The notes under the pieces: model-generated | What the model was told of the DNA's origin: nothing | The model's database searches: none | Seen by the model: only the letters and a program-made list of their open reading frames with translations | Translations under genes and position numbers: made by a program | Shown here: positions 36,222 through 45,810 of the stretch, one piece after another | Layout of the letters: every line of letters begins with the position of its first letter | Position numbering within the stretch: the first letter of the stretch is position 1 | Source of the DNA: Thermodesulfobacteriota bacterium | GTDB taxonomy: Bacteria; Desulfobacterota; BSN033; UBA1163 | NCBI GenBank assembly: GCA_030017685.1 | Contig: JASEHH010000007.1 | Coordinates: forward strand, 1,824 to 65,823 | Direction: 5' to 3' | Length of the DNA: 64,000 nucleotides

Positions 36222-38618
36222 ATGAAGATTAGGACCAGACTACAAATTATCGCAATCTTTTCTTTAGCAATAGCCCTTGTAATCGGCTTAGTTCTCTTTC
36301 TGACAGCTCAGAGGGTGAATAAAGAAATTAGTGGGCTAAAAATAGCAGATGAGATAGCAAAAGGGGTATTTGAGCTGAATATCATAACTTATGAATATTT
36401 ATTACACCATGAAGAGCGGATGCAGACACAGTGGCAGTTAAGGCATGACTCTCTAACGAAGTTGCTAACAGGGGAAGAATTCAAAAGTCCCGAAAGGCGA
36501 CTTATTTTAGACAGGATGCATCAGAATCTTGAGAGCCTTAAAGCTCTTTTTTCCCAACTGGTCGAAAATTACAAAAGGCGTGGGAGAAAAGAATCTGCTC
36601 TGTCACGGGAATTAGAAGAGAGATTGGCGGGCCAGTTATTGGTGAAGTCTCAAGCTATGGTTTCTGATGCCTCGCAGTTGGCCGAGGCAAGTCGGGCAGA
36701 GGTAGCAATTGCTCAACAAAGGTCCAGTCTGCTTGTTATGGTGTTTGTTGCAATCATGGCAGCAATTATTGCAGCGGTTTCATTTATGTTTGGCAGAAGT
36801 GTTGTAAAGCCGATCAGGAAGCTCCACGAGGGAACCGAAATCATCGGCGCTGGCAATCTGGATTACAGGGTGGGCACAACCGCAAAGGATGAGATCGGCC
36901 AGCTTTCCAGGGCATTTGATGAGATGATCGGAAAGCGCAAGCGTGCAGAGGAAGAAGTTCGACTCCTCCAAACCATCACATTTGCGATCAGCGAAACCGG
37001 AGATGTTCATTCCGCATTGAAGATTGTGCTCCAGAAGGTGTGTGAAGCTACAGGGTGGATCATGGGGGAGGCATGGGTTCCCAATTCTGATGGGACAAAC
37101 CTCGAATGCAGTCCAGCGTGGTATAGCAGGGTGGAAGGTCTGGAGAAATTTAGAAAGGAATCAGAGAAGTTTACATTCCCTCTCGGGATCGGACTTCCTG
37201 GCAGGGCCTGGTCTTCTAAGAAACCCGTATGGGTGGGAAATGTTACTCTGGATTCGAATTTTCCGAGAGCGGAGATTGCGAAAGGAGTTGGTCTCAAAAC
37301 AGCGATGGCCATTCCTGTTCTCATCGGCGACGAGATTGTTGCAGTGATGGATTTTTTTGTTTTCGAAGCCCGGAAAGAGGATGAACGACTCCTTGAAATC
37401 ATTTCATCGGTTGCCAGTCAATTGGGGTCCCTCATTCAGAGAAAGCGAGCGGAACAAGAGGTAAGAGTCCTGGAAGAACAACTTCGGCAGTCTCAGAAGA
37501 TGGAGGCCATTGGTCGTTTGGCGGGCGGCATTGCCCATGACTTCAATAATCTCCTGACCATTATAAAGGGTTATAGCCAGCTCTCCTTCGGTGAACTCAA
37601 AGAGGGCGATCCCCTGAGAGAAAACATCGAAGAGATCAGAAAAGCGGCGGATCGGGCCGCAGACCTGACCCGGCAACTGCTTGCCTTCAGTCGCCGCCAG
37701 GTGATGGAGGTGCAAGTTCTTGATCTGAACACCGTCTTAAAGAACCTGGATAAGATGCTCCGTCGGATGATCGGTGAAGACATCGAACTGACGACTTTAT
37801 TATTTGAGGATTTGGGAAGAGTCAAAGCCGATCCCGGACAGATTGAGCAGGTGATCATGAACCTTATAGTCAATGCAAGGGATGCGATGCCCCGGGGAGG
37901 AAAACTCACCATTGAGACGGCCAATGTGGAATTGGATAAGGAGTATGCCCGTACTCATGTCGCAGTGACTCCGGGTCCACATGTGATGCTTGCGGTAAGT
38001 GATACAGGGGTGGGAATGACTCCAGAAATCAAGGCAAAGATCTTTGAACCATTCTTTACGACCAAAGAGAAGGGAAGGGGGACAGGGTTGGGTCTTTCGA
38101 CCGTCTATGGGATTGTGAAACAGAGTGGGGGAAATATCTGGGTTTACAGTGAGCCTGGAAGAGGAACAACATTTAAGATTTATCTGCCGAGAGTGGATGA
38201 GCTTGCTGAGGAATTAAGAGTGAAGGTTGAGGGACCAGAACTTCCCAGAGGTAGTGAGACCATTCTCATCGTTGAGGATGATGAAAAGGTCCGGAAACTG
38301 GCTCTAAAGATATTGGAGAAGCAAGGATATGAGGTATTGGAGGCGGGAGGCGGAAATGAGGCTCTTGAGATTTGTAGGGGTTTGGAAAAGCCTATTCATG
38401 TTGTCCTCGCCGATGTGGTAATGCCCGGCATGGATGGTCGCCAGTTTGCGGAGAAACTGAGGGAAGTTTGTCAGGGGTTTAAGGTCCTTTATATGTCGGG
38501 CTATACGGATAATACCATTGCCCACCACGGGATTCTTGATGAGGGGTTGGATTTTATTCAGAAGCCTTTGTCCGTGGATGGACTGGTGAGAAAAGTCAGA
38601 GAGGTGTTGGATAAATAA
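36222..38618 (+). CDS. hybrid sensor histidine kinase (transmembrane - HAMP - GAF - HisKA - HATPase_c - receiver), copy 1
   Basis: 798 aa. The first roughly 240 aa and last roughly 400 aa are near-identical to the 60494..62755 protein. The central GAF-like segment ([15 protein letters not shown]...GIGLPGRAW...[17 protein letters not shown]) is unique to this copy. Confidence 0.85.
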   Translation: MKIRTRLQIIAIFSLAIALVIGLVLFLTAQRVNKEISGLKIADEIAKGVFELNIITYEYLLHHEERMQTQWQLRHDSLTKLLTGEEFKSPERRLILDRMHQNLESLKALFSQLVENYKRRGRKESALSRELEERLAGQLLVKSQAMVSDASQLAEASRAEVAIAQQRSSLLVMVFVAIMAAIIAAVSFMFGRSVVKPIRKLHEGTEIIGAGNLDYRVGTTAKDEIGQLSRAFDEMIGKRKRAEEEVRLLQTITFAISETGDVHSALKIVLQKVCEATGWIMGEAWVPNSDGTNLECSPAWYSRVEGLEKFRKESEKFTFPLGIGLPGRAWSSKKPVWVGNVTLDSNFPRAEIAKGVGLKTAMAIPVLIGDEIVAVMDFFVFEARKEDERLLEIISSVASQLGSLIQRKRAEQEVRVLEEQLRQSQKMEAIGRLAGGIAHDFNNLLTIIKGYSQLSFGELKEGDPLRENIEEIRKAADRAADLTRQLLAFSRRQVMEVQVLDLNTVLKNLDKMLRRMIGEDIELTTLLFEDLGRVKADPGQIEQVIMNLIVNARDAMPRGGKLTIETANVELDKEYARTHVAVTPGPHVMLAVSDTGVGMTPEIKAKIFEPFFTTKEKGRGTGLGLSTVYGIVKQSGGNIWVYSEPGRGTTFKIYLPRVDELAEELRVKVEGPELPRGSETILIVEDDEKVRKLALKILEKQGYEVLEAGGGNEALEICRGLEKPIHVVLADVVMPGMDGRQFAEKLREVCQGFKVLYMSGYTDNTIAHHGILDEGLDFIQKPLSVDGLVRKVREVLDK

Positions 38619-38737
38619 TTCTTGAGGGTTTCAACCTAAGCTTTTTTATCATCAGATCAACCTCGATCAACGAGCCCCTATTTGAATTATGGTTTTTCAC
38701 GGTTAGGTTTAGATATTTTTAGCCACGGACATCCGAA

Positions 38738-39097
38738 TCATTTTTTAGAATTTAAAATTTCCTCCACCAAAATCTTCATACTCGAGAGATCTAAGGGTTT
38801 TGCCAGAAAGGCATCGGCTCCTGCTTCTCTGAAAAAAGGTTCTCCCACCCCGGACCCAGAAATTATCAAAATCGATAAGGAAGGGTCGTACCCCTTTAGG
38901 CGTCTTATTAATTCAATTCCATCCATTTTGGGCATCATATAATCTGTTACCACCAGATCGTATCCCTTTTCCTTCACCTTTTTCATCGCCGTCTCACCAT
39001 CTTCAACGGTATCCACCTCATATCCATTTAAAAGAAAATATTTCGATAAAAGATTTCTTATCTCTTTATGATCCCCGACGACCAAAATTCTTTTCAT
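38738..39097 (-). CDS. single-domain response regulator (CheY-like receiver)
   Basis: MKRILVVGDHKEIRNLL...DLVVTDYMMPKMDG. The acidic pocket and the phospho-accepting D were recognised. Confidence 0.8.
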   Translation of the reverse strand: MKRILVVGDHKEIRNLLSKYFLLNGYEVDTVEDGETAMKKVKEKGYDLVVTDYMMPKMDGIELIRRLKGYDPSLSILIISGSGVGEPFFREAGADAFLAKPLDLSSMKILVEEILNSKK

Positions 39098-39238
39098 CAC
39101 GTTAACTCCATTTAACAGATATCTTAAAATTACAACCAATAATTGTAATTGTCAAGAACAAAATACAACCATAGGTTTATGGACATTCTCCTCATGTCCA
39201 CTATAAATGGTGAATGAAATCGTTTAGGGTGATATATT

Positions 39239-39667
39239 ATGATAAAAACTCATAAGGAAATAGGCAGCGAGATCAAGAGAATACGAAAAGCCTTGGGGAT
39301 GTCTCAGATGAAGTTGGCTGAAGGGGTAGGGGTTTCCTTTCAGCAGATCCAGAAATATGAAAAGGGTGTAAATAAAATTTCCATGGAGATGATCCAGCAT
39401 ATAGCGAGGGCTTTGGGTATTTCAGTAAACACATTTTTTGAGAAAGAAAAGGCGCCCGTCATATCAGAACCTCCCATGAAATATTACTCTAAAAAGAAGA
39501 ATTTAATAGATGAGATTTCTTTACCATTAAATCAAGAGGAAATCACGCTGCTCCAACTTTTTCGAAAGATTGAAAACAAGAAAATCAGGGAAGGGCTGAT
39601 CAAGCAATTGAGTGGGATCGTAGAATTAGAAAGGGAAAAAAGCGTATCAAATCATTTAACCAGGTAA
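39239..39667 (+). CDS. XRE-family helix-turn-helix transcriptional regulator
   Basis: IKRIRKALGMSQMKLAEGVGVSFQQIQKYEKG is a canonical Cro/C1 HTH. Confidence 0.8.
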   Translation: MIKTHKEIGSEIKRIRKALGMSQMKLAEGVGVSFQQIQKYEKGVNKISMEMIQHIARALGISVNTFFEKEKAPVISEPPMKYYSKKKNLIDEISLPLNQEEITLLQLFRKIENKKIREGLIKQLSGIVELEREKSVSNHLTR

Positions 39668-39765
39668 CCCAAATTGTCTCTGTTGAATCGTCAAAAATGT
39701 AACCGCAGAGGGTAACAGTCTTTTATAGGGGTTAACTATAGGGGTTAACCCTTTCCGTTCTTTTA

Positions 39766-39892
39766 CCCCGTTAGAAATAATGCCCCGCTGCTCCCTCCGG
39801 GCCAGAGGCCCTCTGGGCCGGCGGCTGTAGTGGGGTTACATTTCAGATTAATTCCGGTGGGGTTTAATGTCCCGCTGGAATTTCTAACGGGG
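39766..39892. repeat. MITE-like element, family A (ends CCCCGTTAGAAAT / ATTTCTAACGGGG, internal palindrome CCGGGCCAGAGGCCCTCTGGGCCGG)
   Basis: 127 bp. Both ends match the 75-bp element at 838-912. Related modules occur at 41703-41810. Confidence 0.5.
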
Positions 39893-40341
39893 TTTACTCT
39901 TCTTTTCGTATACCTCCTCCCACCTACCGCTCTTCTAAGGCCTCAGGAGCCTGTCAATCGTTGCCGAACCTATATCAAACAACTTCTTTGCAAGAGCATC
40001 CGATATCCTCAGCTCACCCATACCTCTTAAACCCTCTCTAACTCCGCCTCAATGATTGGCCTCAGTCTCTGCTCGCAGGAATGGCCAAAGACTTTCCACA
40101 GATTGAATGCATATCCACCCTCCACCTGTCCATGTAAACCAACTTCCATCGAAAGGATTTGGATTACATTTTAGATGATTTAATGCGGTTTGTTGACAAA
40201 TTATTTGAATTCCATTATTATTGGTCAAAATAATTTGGGTTAAAAATGGTTTAAGTTTTTTTTACTGTAGAGTGAAAGCTACAAACTATGCAGAACTACC
40301 CGATTTTTAAAGATTATCATAACTGTATCTAAAAGAGAAAC

Positions 40342-40569
40342 GTGTACCGCAACTTTGAAGAAATCTTGACAAAGGCAAAAGAACGAGGCCCTTGTAGGGT
40401 TTCCATCCTCTTCCCTGATGACCCGGATATTATGCGGGTGGCAGTAGACGGAATGAGGGAGGGACTGATTGAGCCTGTTTTGGTGGGCCATTATAAGCGG
40501 ATCAAGGCAATAGCCCAGGAGGCAAATTTACCCCTAAAAAATAGGTGCTTCCTGTTTTTGAATGGGTGA
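40342..40569 (+). pseudogene. duplicated 5' fragment (about 65 codons plus upstream region) of the phosphate butyryltransferase gene at 49630
   Basis: 40300-40545 is about 93% identical at nucleotide level to 49588-49830, including about 45 nt upstream of the start. The reading frame ends after 75 codons (...NRCFLFLNG). Confidence 0.6.
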
Positions 40570-40795
40570 CCCCTATTATATAATAGTGGTTGAAGTTAGG
40601 CGGCTGCTCTGACGGGCTATGTGGGAGCCCATTTTCGCAGCCAAAATCTGAAAAGGATAAAGAATTCGTAAATGTTATTTTGCCGTCTTAACTGTCTCCA
40701 CCAGTTTGGACCATTTGGAAATTTGGTATCGTAATTTATTTCGTATCTTGTATTTTGTGCTTCTGATTTATTCTTGTCCGGGTTAGGAGGGAAAA

Positions 40796-41656
40796 ATGGA
40801 GATGAAAAGAGTGTGTGTCGTGGGTATGGGAACCATGGGGAGTCAAATCGGTATTGTCTGCGCCAGGGCTGGATTTCAGACCTTCATGGTAGATATCTTA
40901 GAGGAGCAGGTAGGAAAAGGACTACAAAGTATAGAGTCCTTTTTAAAAACCCAAGAGAAAAAGGGGAAAGTGGATAGGGAGGCAATTGATAGGATCTCAT
41001 CTTTTATTAAGACCGGCATAGATATGGGAGAGGCCCTCTCTGATGCTGACCTTGTAATTGAGGCAGTATACGAGGACATAAAAGTGAAAAAGGAGGTTTT
41101 TAAAAAAATGGATGAGGTGAGCCCGAGCCGAACAATTTTTGCCAGTAATACCTCGACCCTTTGGATTGCCGAACTGGGTGCGGTGACAGATCGTCCAGAA
41201 AAGTGCATCGGTACTCACTTTTTGATCCCTGCAGCACTCACGCCCCTTGTAGAAGTTGTCCGGAGCATTGAAACCTCAGACGAAACCCACGAGACAGTGT
41301 TAGAGTTTCTTCGAAAGTGTGGAAAGGAGACTGTAACAGTTGCAGACTCCCCTGGTTTTGTCATCAATAGACTCTACCTGCCAATGGTGAACGAGGCATT
41401 TTTTGCGCTTGAAACAGGTCTTGCCAGTGCCGAAGAGATTGACAGGAGCTGCACGAGAGGTCTCGCGTTTCCGCTAGGTCCCTTGGCGGCTGCAGATGCC
41501 TTTGGCTTAGATATACTGCTTGCCTCCATGGAGACTTTCCATAGGGAACTGGGGGAGAAATATCGGCCTGCTCCCCTGCTTGTAAAACTGGTCAAGGCCG
41601 GTCGTCTGGGAAGGAAGACAGGACGAGGCGTTTATAACTACAGTAAACCCCATTAG
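40796..41656 (+). CDS. 3-hydroxybutyryl-CoA / 3-hydroxyacyl-CoA dehydrogenase (NAD-binding)
   Basis: VCVVGMGTMGSQIG Rossmann motif, plus the conserved FASNTS and HF.P motifs. Confidence 0.85.
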   Translation: MEMKRVCVVGMGTMGSQIGIVCARAGFQTFMVDILEEQVGKGLQSIESFLKTQEKKGKVDREAIDRISSFIKTGIDMGEALSDADLVIEAVYEDIKVKKEVFKKMDEVSPSRTIFASNTSTLWIAELGAVTDRPEKCIGTHFLIPAALTPLVEVVRSIETSDETHETVLEFLRKCGKETVTVADSPGFVINRLYLPMVNEAFFALETGLASAEEIDRSCTRGLAFPLGPLAAADAFGLDILLASMETFHRELGEKYRPAPLLVKLVKAGRLGRKTGRGVYNYSKPH

Positions 41657-41702
41657 AAAGTCTTCGACTTTCCAACGGGGAGGCTCATTCACCCCTTTAG
41701 AG

Positions 41703-41810
41703 AAAGTCTCTAACGGGGCAAGCGGGGTATTAAACCCCTTGTTCGGTCTAAAAGGAATTATACCTTTATCCCCGCTGCAAGTAATGGGGCTTTCTAACGG
41801 GGTAAATAGG
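41703..41810. repeat. composite family-A-related repeat (TCTAACGGGG-CAAGCGGGG ... CCCCGCTGCAAG-...-TTTCTAACGGGG)
   Basis: The terminal modules are shared with the elements at 838 and 39766. It has internal inverted symmetry. Confidence 0.4.
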
Positions 41811-41830
41811 GTAGTGGAGGAAGATTTAAA

Positions 41831-42979
41831 ATGTCTCATTTCAATGAAGAACAGAGGATGATTCAGGAGATGGTCAGCAGATTGATGCGAGATAAAATAG
41901 TTCCTTTAGCCAAAGAGGCTGACCTCTCCGGCCATTCATCACCTGAGATTGTAAGACTTCTAAGCAAAAATGGGCTGTTGAAGATGGCCCTGCCTGAGCA
42001 GTACGGAGGGATCGGCGCTAACTACACCACCATTGCCTTAGTGGTAGAAGAGATGGCACGGGTAGATGCCTCAACAGCCATGATCTTTTTTGTGACCCAA
42101 TCACTCACTCAGATCCTGAAACAGTGGGGGAGTGAAGAGCAGAAGGGGCGTTTCTTTGGGGAGATGTCTGTTGGTGACAAGATAAACGCCTTTTCTCTCA
42201 CTGAACCTAATTATGGGTCTGAATCCGCCTCCATTCAAACAAGGGCCATCCTGGATGGAGATCATTTCATAATCAATGGCACTAAGATCTTTGTCACCAA
42301 TGCCGACATAGCCGATTTTATACTGGTTTTTGTACGAACAGGAGGGGGAGAAAGGCAAAAGGGACTTTCGGCGCTGGTCGTGGAGAAAGATACCCCTGGC
42401 CTTTCATTAGGAAAGCATGAGGATAAGCTGGGGCTGAGAGGGTCAGATTTATCAGAATTGATTTTTGAAAATGCGGAGGTACCAAGAGAGAATCTATTGG
42501 GGAAACTGGATCAGGGGTTTGATATCCTCACGAGTGGTGGGGCGGACATGAGGGCTTACGGACCGGGGGCCATGGCGGTAGGTCTGGCTCAAGGTGCTCT
42601 GGACTATGCCGTCTCTTACGCCAGACAGAGGGTCCAGTTCGGGGGGCCTATCGCCAATCTCCAGGCTATCCGGTTCATGCTGGCCGATATGTCCATACAG
42701 GTTGAAGCGGCTCGAGCCCTCCTTTATAGGACTACAGTACTCCTGGACTCAAGTTCTGAAGACAAAAGGATGCGGGACCGCTTCGTTTCAGCGACAAAGT
42801 GCTTTGCCTCAGATACTGCCATGAGAGTGACCACCGATGCAGTGCAGATCCTTGGTGGATACGGGGTCATGAAGGACTATCCTGTTGAAAGGATGATGCG
42901 GGACGCCAAGATGATCCAGATCTTTGATGGCACCAATCAGATACAGCGGGTTATTGTAGCCAGGAGTTTATTGTCATGA
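41831..42979 (+). CDS. acyl-CoA dehydrogenase
   Basis: 382 aa with a full three-domain ACAD layout (FSLTEPNYGSE...GTKIFVTNA...QIFDGTNQIQR). Confidence 0.85.
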   Translation: MSHFNEEQRMIQEMVSRLMRDKIVPLAKEADLSGHSSPEIVRLLSKNGLLKMALPEQYGGIGANYTTIALVVEEMARVDASTAMIFFVTQSLTQILKQWGSEEQKGRFFGEMSVGDKINAFSLTEPNYGSESASIQTRAILDGDHFIINGTKIFVTNADIADFILVFVRTGGGERQKGLSALVVEKDTPGLSLGKHEDKLGLRGSDLSELIFENAEVPRENLLGKLDQGFDILTSGGADMRAYGPGAMAVGLAQGALDYAVSYARQRVQFGGPIANLQAIRFMLADMSIQVEAARALLYRTTVLLDSSSEDKRMRDRFVSATKCFASDTAMRVTTDAVQILGGYGVMKDYPVERMMRDAKMIQIFDGTNQIQRVIVARSLLS

Positions 42980-43013
42980 AAAATGGAAATCAATTAATTA
43001 GCAGGGAGGAAAA

Positions 43014-43874
43014 ATGAAAGCAATTGATGTTCATGTCCATCCGAGTACAGCTCTTTTCTCCTATGAGCGAAGGTGGGGGAAAGAAGTGGCTGAGTTTATG
43101 CCCAGGTATTACCGAATGGAAGAGAGGATCAGGACCGATGAAGAGATGGCCGAAGAATTCAGGGATCTGGATCTAAAGGCCCTTTTAGTTGGATGGGATG
43201 CCCAGGCAGAGAGTGGTCATGAAACTTCGGCTTTAAATGATGAAGTGGCCCGGCTCATCAAAAAATTCCCGGATGTTTTCATCGGGGGATGGGCCATGAT
43301 CGATCCATGGAAAGGGAAATGGGCGGTTAAGGAATTGGAAAGGTGCATTAAAAAACTGGGACTCACGGGTTTAAAATTCCAGCCTTCCGCTCAAGGATTT
43401 TTCCCAAATGATCGAAAATTCTACCCCCTCTATGAAAAGTGTCTCGAATTAAATGTTCCAGTTAGCTTTCATACAGGGACAACTGGCCTCGGAGCCGGGA
43501 TGCCGGGAGGATATGGTTACCGATTAAAATATGTCAGACCCCTTTATATCGACGATGTGGCGGCTGACTTTCCTGACTTGACCATCATCATGATCCATCC
43601 TGCCTGGCCGTGGATTGATGAACAAATCGCCATTTTGCTTCACAAGGCCAATGTCTATTGCGACCTTTCTGGTTGGGCACCCAAATATTTTCCAGAAAAT
43701 CTCAAAAGGGAGATCAATGGCAGGCTTCAGGATAAATTTATGTATGCCTCTGATTATCCGGAAATCCCTCCCAGACGCTGGCTTGAGGAGTTTAAGGCAG
43801 GGGGCTACAGAGATGAGGTGATGGAGAAAGTTTTATATAAAAATGCCCAGAGGATATTGAAATTGAAGATATGA
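43014..43874 (+). CDS. amidohydrolase-2 family (TIM-barrel metal-dependent hydrolase/decarboxylase)
   Basis: MKAIDVHVHP...IMIHPAWPW fits the PF04909-type pattern. Confidence 0.7.
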   Translation: MKAIDVHVHPSTALFSYERRWGKEVAEFMPRYYRMEERIRTDEEMAEEFRDLDLKALLVGWDAQAESGHETSALNDEVARLIKKFPDVFIGGWAMIDPWKGKWAVKELERCIKKLGLTGLKFQPSAQGFFPNDRKFYPLYEKCLELNVPVSFHTGTTGLGAGMPGGYGYRLKYVRPLYIDDVAADFPDLTIIMIHPAWPWIDEQIAILLHKANVYCDLSGWAPKYFPENLKREINGRLQDKFMYASDYPEIPPRRWLEEFKAGGYRDEVMEKVLYKNAQRILKLKI

Positions 43875-43964
43875 ATCGTTAAGTCGATAGTTATTTAACT
43901 GCAAATCTTAAAAATATGAATAAGGGTGGTTAGTGAATTCTAGACCCTGTTCTTGGAGAATGAG

Positions 43965-44840
43965 ATGAAGATTGGCAATATATTGATTATTGGAGCAGGT
44001 CTAATGGGGAGCGGCATTGCTCAGGTCTGTGCTCAGGCCGGAATCCAGGTCTTCATGAACGATGTCAGTCAGGAGATTCTCAACCATGCCTTGAAGGGTA
44101 TCCGCTGGTCAGTGGGGAAATTGATTGAGAAAGGGAAATTGAAAGAAGATCTGGAGAAGATCATGGCACGGATTTCCCCGGTAACCGATTTTAACCAGAC
44201 CTCTCAAGTGGACCTGGCCATTGAAGCGGTCTTTGAAAAGCTCGAACTGAAACAGGAGATCTTCAAAAAGCTGGATCAATTCGGTCGGCCAGAAACCCTC
44301 TTTGCCAGCAACACCTCTGCCATTCCCACTACAGAAATTGCAGCGGTAACCCAGCGGCCAGAGAGGGTCCTCGGTCTCCATTTCTTCAACCCTGTCCCCA
44401 TGATGGAAGTGGTCGAAGTCGTCAAGGGGATGAAGACTTCCGAAGAGACGATGCGGGCAGGAGTAGAGTTTGTCAGGAGTATCGGTAAGGAGCCCATCCG
44501 GGTCGAAAGCGATGTGCCAGGTTTTTTGCTCAATCGGATCAATCTCGTAGGCTATATTGAGGCCATTCGTCTGTTAGAACAGGGAATAGGGACTGTGGAG
44601 GATATTGACAAAGGGGTTCGGCTCGCTTTTGGTAGGAGAATGGGGCCTTTTGAGACAGGAGACTTGGTGGGATTGGATGTGTCTTATGGGGCGTTGACAG
44701 CCATCTATGAAGAAAGTAAGGATGCGCGATATTACCCCCCACAACTTTTAAGGCGCAAGGCCAAGGCTGGAGAGCTTGGTCGTAAGACCGGTCGAGGCTG
44801 GTATGAGTATAACCGGAATGGAAGCAAGAAGGAGAAGTAG
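43965..44840 (+). CDS. 3-hydroxyacyl-CoA dehydrogenase (second paralog)
   Basis: IGNILIIGAGLMGSGIA motif, and paralogous to 40796..41656. Confidence 0.85.
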   Translation: MKIGNILIIGAGLMGSGIAQVCAQAGIQVFMNDVSQEILNHALKGIRWSVGKLIEKGKLKEDLEKIMARISPVTDFNQTSQVDLAIEAVFEKLELKQEIFKKLDQFGRPETLFASNTSAIPTTEIAAVTQRPERVLGLHFFNPVPMMEVVEVVKGMKTSEETMRAGVEFVRSIGKEPIRVESDVPGFLLNRINLVGYIEAIRLLEQGIGTVEDIDKGVRLAFGRRMGPFETGDLVGLDVSYGALTAIYEESKDARYYPPQLLRRKAKAGELGRKTGRGWYEYNRNGSKKEK

Positions 44841-45799
44841 ATGGAGCAGAAACTTGCATATTATGAGATTAGGGATCAAATCGCTATTGTCACCATCGAT
44901 CATCCTCCCATGAATGCCTTGGATGCGGCCACGAAAGAGGCCATTGTCGATGTATTCAAGGAGCTTGATGACCGGAGACAAGAAATCAGAGCAGTCATAT
45001 TACACGGGGCAGGAGAGAAAGCGTTTGCCGCGGGGGCTGATATCAAGACATTTTTGGAATTAAAACCCGGCACGGCCAAGAGACGTATTTCCCGTACTCA
45101 TCAAATTTATTCCATGGTCAGAGCCGTCCAAATTAGCTCGAATTCTTATGACTACCCCTTGAAATTATTACCTTTTTGGACAAGTTTTGGCTGTTTTGAA
45201 AATCAGGTTTCCTTTTTCTTTTTTTATGTATCCATTATGCTGTCCAAAATAGGCCGTTTTTAAAAACCTAATTTGGACAAGAGTGTTCCATGGTAGAAAA
45301 TTTTGAGTGGCCTGTGATCGCTGCGATCCATGGTTTTTGTTTAGGTGGGGGTCTGGAACTGGCACTCTGTTGCGATATCCGTTACGTGGAAGAGACTGCC
45401 AAATTAGGTTTTCCTGAAGTCAATCTATCCGTTTTTCCGGGAAACGGAGGGATATGGCGCTCTATGTATCATATCCCTCTGGGGAAATTGAAGGAATTGG
45501 TTTACAGCGGCGAGATGATCGATGCGATGGAGGCATTCAGGCTCGGTTTGGTGGAAAAGGTTGTTCCACCGGGGCAGGTGATGGTCGCTGCCATGGAGCG
45601 TGCCGCCAAGATTATGGAGAAAGGTCCTTTGGCCGTGGCAGCGGCTAAGAAAGTGATCAATCGGGGCAGAGACCTCTCACTTCAACATGGACTGGAACTT
45701 GAGTCTGAACTCTGGGCCAATCTAACAGCCACAGAAGATATGAAAGAGGGCGCCCGGGCCTTTATCGAGAAGAGAAAACCAGAATATAGAAATCGATAA
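44841..45799 (+). pseudogene. enoyl-CoA hydratase/isomerase (crotonase) gene interrupted by a 167-bp MITE
   Basis: The two ORFs (44841..45263 and 45290..45799) together encode one crotonase-fold protein. The fold appears when 45119-45294 is removed: ...THQIYSMV|ENFEWPVIAAIHGFCLGGGLELAL.... Confidence 0.7.
45119..45285. mobile_element. 167-bp MITE (ends CAGAGCCGTCCAAATTAG / CTAATTTGGACAAGAGTG) with 9-bp target-site duplication TTCCATGGT
   Basis: Direct repeats TTCCATGGT sit at 45110-45118 and 45286-45294. Imperfect terminal inverted repeats with an 11-bp perfect core GTCCAAATTAG. There is no ORF of useful size inside. Confidence 0.7.
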
Positions 45800-45810
45800 G
45801 GAGAAAGGCA

